Of a stretch of 56,191 nucleotides of DNA, positions 46,372-53,500 are shown piece after piece. Numbering within the stretch: the stretch's first letter is position 1; each line of letters begins with the position of its first letter. Below the pieces are notes generated by a model, which made no database searches, was not told the DNA's origin, and worked only from the letters and a program-made list of their open reading frames with translations. The position numbers and the translations under genes are program-made. Source of the DNA: Bacteroidales bacterium (GTDB taxonomy: Bacteria > Bacteroidota > Bacteroidia > Bacteroidales > WCHB1-69); the NCBI GenBank assembly GCA_045598025.1, contig JAZLLH010000059.1:1-56191 (forward strand), in the 5' to 3' direction.

Positions 46372-47205
46372 ATGCAGAACGATGTTTTTTCTACACTCCC
46401 AACTTTGAAGTACACGGACAAAAATCATTTTTTTCTGATTGCAGGACCCTGTGTGATTGAAAACGAGCACATGCCTATGGAAATAGCCTCCCGTATCGCG
46501 GAGGTGTGCGACCGTTTGGAGATTCCTTTTATATTCAAGGCATCCTATAAAAAAGCCAATCGTTCCAGTCTGCATTCGTTCACGGGAATAGGAGACAGGC
46601 GGGGGTTGGAATTGCTGGCAGAGGTAGGCCGAAGCTTGCACATTCCCACTCTGACGGATGTTCATTCGGTGGCGGAAGCTTCCATGGCTGCCGAATATGT
46701 GGATGTGCTGCAGATTCCAGCTTTTCTGTGCCGTCAGACGGAGTTGCTGGTAGCTGCTGCGGAAACCGGGAAGTGGGTAAACATAAAGAAAGGGCAGTTT
46801 GTCTCTCCGGAAGCTATGTGCTTTGCTGTTGAAAAAGTGAGGGCGGAGGGCAATGATAAGGTGATGCTGACTGAAAGGGGCTCCTCTTTCGGTTATCAGG
46901 ATCTTGTCGTTGATTTTACAGGACTGCCCGTTATGCAGCGCAATCACTGTCCGGTAGTGCTGGATGTTACCCATGCGTTGCAGCAGCCGAATCAAAGCAG
47001 CGGCGTGACAGCAGGGAAACGAGACCGCATTGATGTGCTGGCCCGGGCCGGAGTGGCTGCCGGTTTTGATGGCCTTTTTATGGAAACCCATCCGAATCCG
47101 GATGAGGCTCTTTCGGACAAAACGACCATGCTTCCTTTGGATTGTTTGGAATCTCTTTTGGAAAAATTATTGCTCATACGGAAAACTTTGAACGGGTTCC
47201 GATAG
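46372..47205 (+). CDS. kdsA: 3-deoxy-8-phosphooctulonate (KDO8P) synthase
   Basis: IAGPCVIE, KASYKKANRSS, QIPAFLCRQT, NIKKGQF, ERGSSFGY, LFMETHP.P..ALSD. Confidence 0.95.
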   Translation: MQNDVFSTLPTLKYTDKNHFFLIAGPCVIENEHMPMEIASRIAEVCDRLEIPFIFKASYKKANRSSLHSFTGIGDRRGLELLAEVGRSLHIPTLTDVHSVAEASMAAEYVDVLQIPAFLCRQTELLVAAAETGKWVNIKKGQFVSPEAMCFAVEKVRAEGNDKVMLTERGSSFGYQDLVVDFTGLPVMQRNHCPVVLDVTHALQQPNQSSGVTAGKRDRIDVLARAGVAAGFDGLFMETHPNPDEALSDKTTMLPLDCLESLLEKLLLIRKTLNGFR

Positions 47206-47277
47206 AATCTGTGGGAGGCCCCTAAGATTTTTTATGATTTTTTTTGTATAAAAACTGCTGCAAACTGAAAAAATGTA

Positions 47278-47285
47278 TATCTTTG
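47278..47285 (+). promoter_or_regulatory. -7 box (TATCTTTG) for the giant secreted protein, leaving a ~215-nt leader
   Basis: TAnnTTTG followed by CA, in the AT-rich kdsA-giant gene spacer. Confidence 0.55.
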
Positions 47286-47505
47286 CAAACTGAAAGCATT
47301 CGTTCTTTTATATTATCATTTGTTTTGATAAAGCATTGGAACAATTGAGTCTGTGGCATTATTACTTCGGCATACAGATATTTTCTTGAACAGATAAAAA
47401 GAGCAATTTGTAAAGAATTATGTATTTTGGTTGCGGTCATGTAACCCCGCTGCTGCCAGAAGTGTAAAACAGAAATTGGGGTTGCCTTATTAAATTTTTT
47501 CAGTT

Positions 47506-50500
47506 ATGAAGAAGTTCATCTTTATGATGCTGGTGGTGTTTTTGGCACTGCCTTTCGGCTTTTCGCAAAGCCGAATCGTAATCTCGGAGAACTTCGACGG
47601 AGGCACTCAGAGTTTCACTGTTTCGCCCAGTACGGGTTGGGAACGTGACACTCTTCTGAGTGTGAGCGGTCGCCGTTCCATGTGGGGCATAGTTCCCAAT
47701 GCGGAAGGCGATTCTGTCGAACTGATTTCTCCGATGTACGACTTGAGCAACTACGCCTACGCGTACTTGCGCTTCTCCCATATCTGCAAGGTATCCGAAG
47801 ATGACGAAGTCTCTGTCGAATACCGGGAAGATTACATGGGAGCAAAGTGGACGAAGATTCCTGTAGGGGACTACAAAGGAACGACGCCCACGTACAAAAA
47901 ATCCCGCTGCTTCCACCAAGGAAGCTACAATACATGGGTCAAATCCGACCTGATGTATCAGCCGGACAATTCCTGGTGGAAGACAGAGTCTTTTGATGTA
48001 AGCCAGGAAGTTTCCTTCGCAAACGTGCAATTCAAATTCAAAATCAAGAAAGGCAGTTCGCTGGGTACCAATTTTGCCTGGGGCTGGTTTATCGATAATT
48101 TTGAATTGACAGCAGCTGTGACCCAAATAGCCCCTCCTGTAGTGGTATTGTTGGATCCTGTCATATCCGGCCAGGTATTCGGAGCCGGTCCTTATGACAT
48201 TACGGCAAAATGTGCCAAGCGCACTTTGTTGGCGCTGCAAAATCCGGTCCTTCGTTACACTTGCACCGAGTTGAGCGGACAAATCCATCAGGATTCTGTG
48301 CTGATGAAAGCCAAGGAAGGCGACAGCATCTGGGTGGCAACCATTCCTCAACAGAAAGTGGGAACGCAGGTCGCTTATACGGTATATGCCAGCGATACGG
48401 CCGGTAACAACGGCAGTGTGTTTTCTTCTTATCAAATCGGTCGTGAGTGGGGCTTTGACAGCAACTGCGTAGCTCTCATCGCTATTGATACTCCGCAGAG
48501 AGGTGCTCTCGCCGGCAAAACCAATAAAGTGGTTGTGGATATGCAGAACCGTGGATTGAAAACCCTGTCCAGTGCGGACATCAACTGGTCAGTGAATGGT
48601 GTACAGCAGTCTACTTATCACTGGAAAGGTTCTCTGATAGAAGGTTTCAATGAAAAAGTGGCTATCGGAACTTTCGTGGCCAGAGCCGATCAGTATGATA
48701 CCATCGTAGCATGGGTCTCCAATCCCAACGGAGTCACCAATACGACGGAAGATACCATGGTAACTCGTCATACCTATGGTTGCAATCAAATATTCAACGG
48801 TTCCTACACTGTGGGTGCCAGTGGCAATTTCAAGGACATCCAGTCTGCCTTGGATGCAATCAATCTGTGCGGAACGGGCGGAAACGTTATCTTGAATGTG
48901 GCATCCGGTACCTATATCGGTGGATTGGATTTCACGGGTTACATGGATATCATCGGTTCGAATGACCATCTGACGATACAGGCTTCTACCGGAAATCCTG
49001 AGGACGTTGTCATTATGTCAGACACAGCTAATCCTACGTCTTCCGTGGCTGTTTTTTCCAATGCTCATAACATCACCCTGCGCAATCTGACGATGAAGGG
49101 TATGGGAACAGCCATTCCTATCACGGATACCAACAGCAACATTACCATTGAGGGCTGCCGTATTTATTTGGATACCGAGACAACGACGACTTATGCCGGT
49201 GTGGCCATCGATGGTAGGGCAGAAAAAATCCGTATCCTCAACAACTTCATAGAGGGAGCCTATTATGGCCTGTATACCCGTGGCGTCAGCGCAACTCAGA
49301 AATTGAAAAACATCACGTTGAGAAACAATGATGTCATGTCTTCCTACTATGGTACATATTATTATTATACGGATTTCGACTATGTCTGCAACAACCGCGT
49401 CTATAACCGTACTTTAGAAGTTTCTAGTGGGTCATTTTATGGAATAGATATGTCCTATTGCGATGCCGAAGAAGTGAGTAACAACCGTGTGTGGACACGT
49501 TCAAAAGTCAGCGGCGGTCAGGGTATGTACATTTATTATTTCAATCAGGACAGTCTGCGTCGTGGATTGGTCGCGAATAACGAAGTCATTTACAATGCCA
49601 CAGGCACGGCATACGGTATCTATACCGGTTATTCTGAATGCGAATTCGTGAACAATTCTGTGCTGATGAATGGATCGGGAGCTTCTCGTGCCGTGTATTG
49701 CAACAACTATACGCAGGGCATGTCCATGCATTTCTATAACAATAACTTCGTATGCTATAACGGAGGTTATCCCATGTATTTCGTGTACAATTACTACATG
49801 GGCACGGATATACTGCTGGATTACAACAACTGCTATGGAAATGATTATATAGGATACATCGGCAGTGCTCAAACTACTTTGAGCGGATGGCAGGCGATTT
49901 CCATGGATGCCAATGCCACCAATATCAATCCTGTATTCAAGGATCCTACGGTTTCGGCTGTCTGTCTGCATTACAATGGCTTGAACTGTCCCAAATTCAC
50001 AGGTGTGGATTATGATATTGACGATACGCTGCGTACGTCTCTGACGACTTTGGGGTGCTATTCCGAAACCCCGAAAAGTTTTGATGCCGCTCTGATCGGA
50101 TTCTACGATTTGAAATCTTCCTATACGATGGGAGTAAACAATCCGCTGTATGTGATTCTGATGAATTCCGGTTCCAAGGATACGCTGAAATCCTGCGATA
50201 TTCAGTGGAGCGTCAACGGCGTTGCTCAGACACCGATGAGCTGGAATGGTCTCCTTCTGCCTTTCGAAACGGATACCGTGTATATCGGTACTTTCCAAGT
50301 GGTGGATGGAGCAGTCCACGGAAGCACTCGTCTCGCTGCCAATTTGAGCAAGCAAAACGGCATGCGTTCCGATATGAAACCGTTTAATGATTCCGTTAAA
50401 GCTTCTACTTACGGCTGTCAGTCTGCCATGGCAGGAACGTATACTATCGGTGGTACTTCAGCCAATTTCGCTTCCTTGTCAGATGCTTTGGATATTCTGG

Positions 50501-53500
50501 GAATCTGCGGTGTAAGTGGAAATGTGGAATTCCAATTGAATCCTGGAACCTATGCTCCCATTTCTTTGGGTACTATTCCGGGATTGTCCGCTACCAGTAC
50601 TCTGACCATCACTTCGGCTACCGGTAATGCGGCCGATGTAATTATTACCGGTTCCGGTACTTTGGTGAATCTGAGCGCTACCTCTTTTGTGCGCATCAAG
50701 AACCTGACTCTTGATGGATTGTCAGCTACTTATGGTGTGTACATCAATGGTGCATGCAATGACATTCAGGTGAAATACTGCAACATCAAGATGAATCCGG
50801 CCAGTACATCTACCATTTATGGTGTCTATTGTGCCAGCGGATTTGTCCGTAACGATATCCACATCGTAGGAAATAGCATCGATGGCGGTTATTACGGCAT
50901 ATATATGTACAACGGAACGGGTTCTGCTGCAGCTCAGCACGGTCTCGGACACCGCGTGGACAGCAACACGATTACCAATCCGTATTACTATGGAATGTAT
51001 GGTTATTATACCGATTTCGAAAGTGTTTCCCACAACCGTATCATAGCTCGCCGTGCCAATGCAAACACGTATTGTTACGGTATCTACACTTACTATTGTA
51101 ACCATAGATATATTGTCGGTAACTACGTAGACGCTTTGCGTAAATCCTTCAACTACAGCTATGGTATTTATGTGTATTATTCCAACTATTCAACCTATGC
51201 ACAGAATACGACGGATACCACCTACGTGTTGGACAACGATGTGCGCTGCATAGGTCAGACGGGTTACGCATATCCTATCTATATGTACTACGGTAACCAA
51301 CAGGTTCTCCACAACAGTGTGTATGTGGAATGCATGTATGACAACAGTTACGGAATCTATGTATATGAAGCATCTCCCTATCATGCGGATCTCAAAAACA
51401 ACAATGTATACATAGTGAACGGTCGTAATGCTTATCCCATTTACGCCGGAGGAACCATTAGCTGTTACAACATTGATGGCAATAATATCTACCATCCGAT
51501 GACCGGAAGCGGTTTGACGACAGCTCCTTATTTGGCATACTATAACGGAGCCCGTTCGGATTTGGCCGGTTTGAAATTGTATGATACAAATGCTACGATT
51601 CTGGAACCTGAACTCATTGACATTCAGAGAGACGGTATGGTGTGTGCCAACACCGGCATCACTACCAAACCCGTAAGCAATGTTTATTACAACACCTACG
51701 GATACAGAGATCATACCGGCGCACTCCGTGCAGCAGTTCCTACCCGTGGTGCTTACGAACCCGTTGCTCTGATCAACAATGCACAGTTGTTTGCTTTCTC
51801 CGCTCCGACGGCCGTTGTAATGATGAACGGTAGCAGTACCGATGTGAGAGTAATACTGAAAAACAGAGGTGACAGCACCTTGCGCAGTTGCACCATCGCA
51901 TGGGATGTGAATGGAATCAGCCAGACTCCTGTTCAATGGACCGGAAACTTGAGCAAAACGGATACCATGTCCGTCTTTTTGGGTAGAGTTTATGTTTTTG
52001 ACAGTTCGTATACCATTACGGCATACGTTTCCAATCCAAACGGAAAAACGGATGACCTTGCTGTGGATGACACTATTCGCACGGAACTGATCGGATGTTC
52101 CACTATGTTGAACGGCACCTATGTGGTGGGCAGCAGTGCGGCAGCCGACATGGATTTCAACAAAGCCATGCAGGTTATGAGCAAGTGCGGAGTATCCGGG
52201 GCTGTGGAACTGCAACTGGAACCCGGTGTGTATTATGCCAATCTGGACTTCACGGGAATTATCGGAATGACCAATTCCAACGTATCCGTGACCATTACTT
52301 CCACAACCGGCCACGACAGCGATGTGGTAATAGAAGCCTTGGCAGAAGAACCCACCTTCAGAATTGCCAATACCTATAATTTCACTTTGAAAAACGTGAC
52401 GGTAAGAGGTTATATGAGAGGTGCCACTTCCAATGCCATCACTTTGGACGGTAACAACAAGAACTTGACAATCCGTAATTGTATTTTGGTTACGAATAAA
52501 GTCAATTCTTCCGTAACTTCCGATGTGGCTATTTTTTCCAAACCGTCCAGTGCGGATACGGTGATGGTGATTGCCAACAACACCATTATCGGTAACGGAG
52601 GTATCTATCTGTATGGAACCAGCGGTTCCCGCAGCCATGATGTGCGTATTGACAGCAACACTATCTTGAGTCCGTACTACTATGGTATCTATACCTACTA
52701 TTACGATATCCGTACGCTCAATGCCAATTTCCTCCATAAGGATAAAAACGAAAGCGTTTGCTATTACGGACTTTATCCGGTGTATACCTACGGTGTGGAT
52801 GACCAAGCAACGAGTTTCAGTTTCAACCGCGTGCATGGAGCCTACAATAACGCACTGTATATGACCGGACAGTATTCCAATGGTGTGAGCAGTTCGAATG
52901 TAAATAATCCTGTTGTTATCTGCAACAACGAGTTCATCTGTACCGGCAGTTCAACCAGTTACAATGTGACCATGTGGAACAGCGGTGGTTATATTCTGTT
53001 CAACAATAACTCCATCATTGTTCCTCAAGGAGCATCCCGTACTTATATGTTCTCTTCCTATACGTATAATCCGGGACACTTCAAATTCATGAACAATAAT
53101 TTTGTCAACTACGGAACTGTTACCAATGTGTATTATACCAACATGGCTAACCAGATTACCACCTATGCGGATGCTTGGGACTATAATAACTATTGGCATG
53201 GTTCAGCCGTATTCAATATCAACGGTTCGGTTGCCAATACGTTGGCAGGTTTCGCCAGTCTGATACAGAATGGCAGGGATGCCCATTCTACGGAAGCGGA
53301 TCCGATGATCCCGAATGCGGATTCCTGCGCCAAGCCGGGTAAATGGGCCGGCATGCTCTGTCCTATGGCCGATTCTGCGACTACGGACATCATGGGCGTA
53401 CTGCGCAGTTCAATGACGTATAAAGGATGTTATTCCGAAACCTTCCATCTGGATGCAGCTCTGCTTAGTTTCGATGAACCTTCTTACGAAGCGGTCGTGG

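Noticed and set aside
47425-47465. CCCCGCTGCTG...CCAGAAG resembling a cobalamin riboswitch B12 box
   Set aside because: The upstream GGGAA and GGTG-AA-CC elements are absent, so the similarity is only partial.
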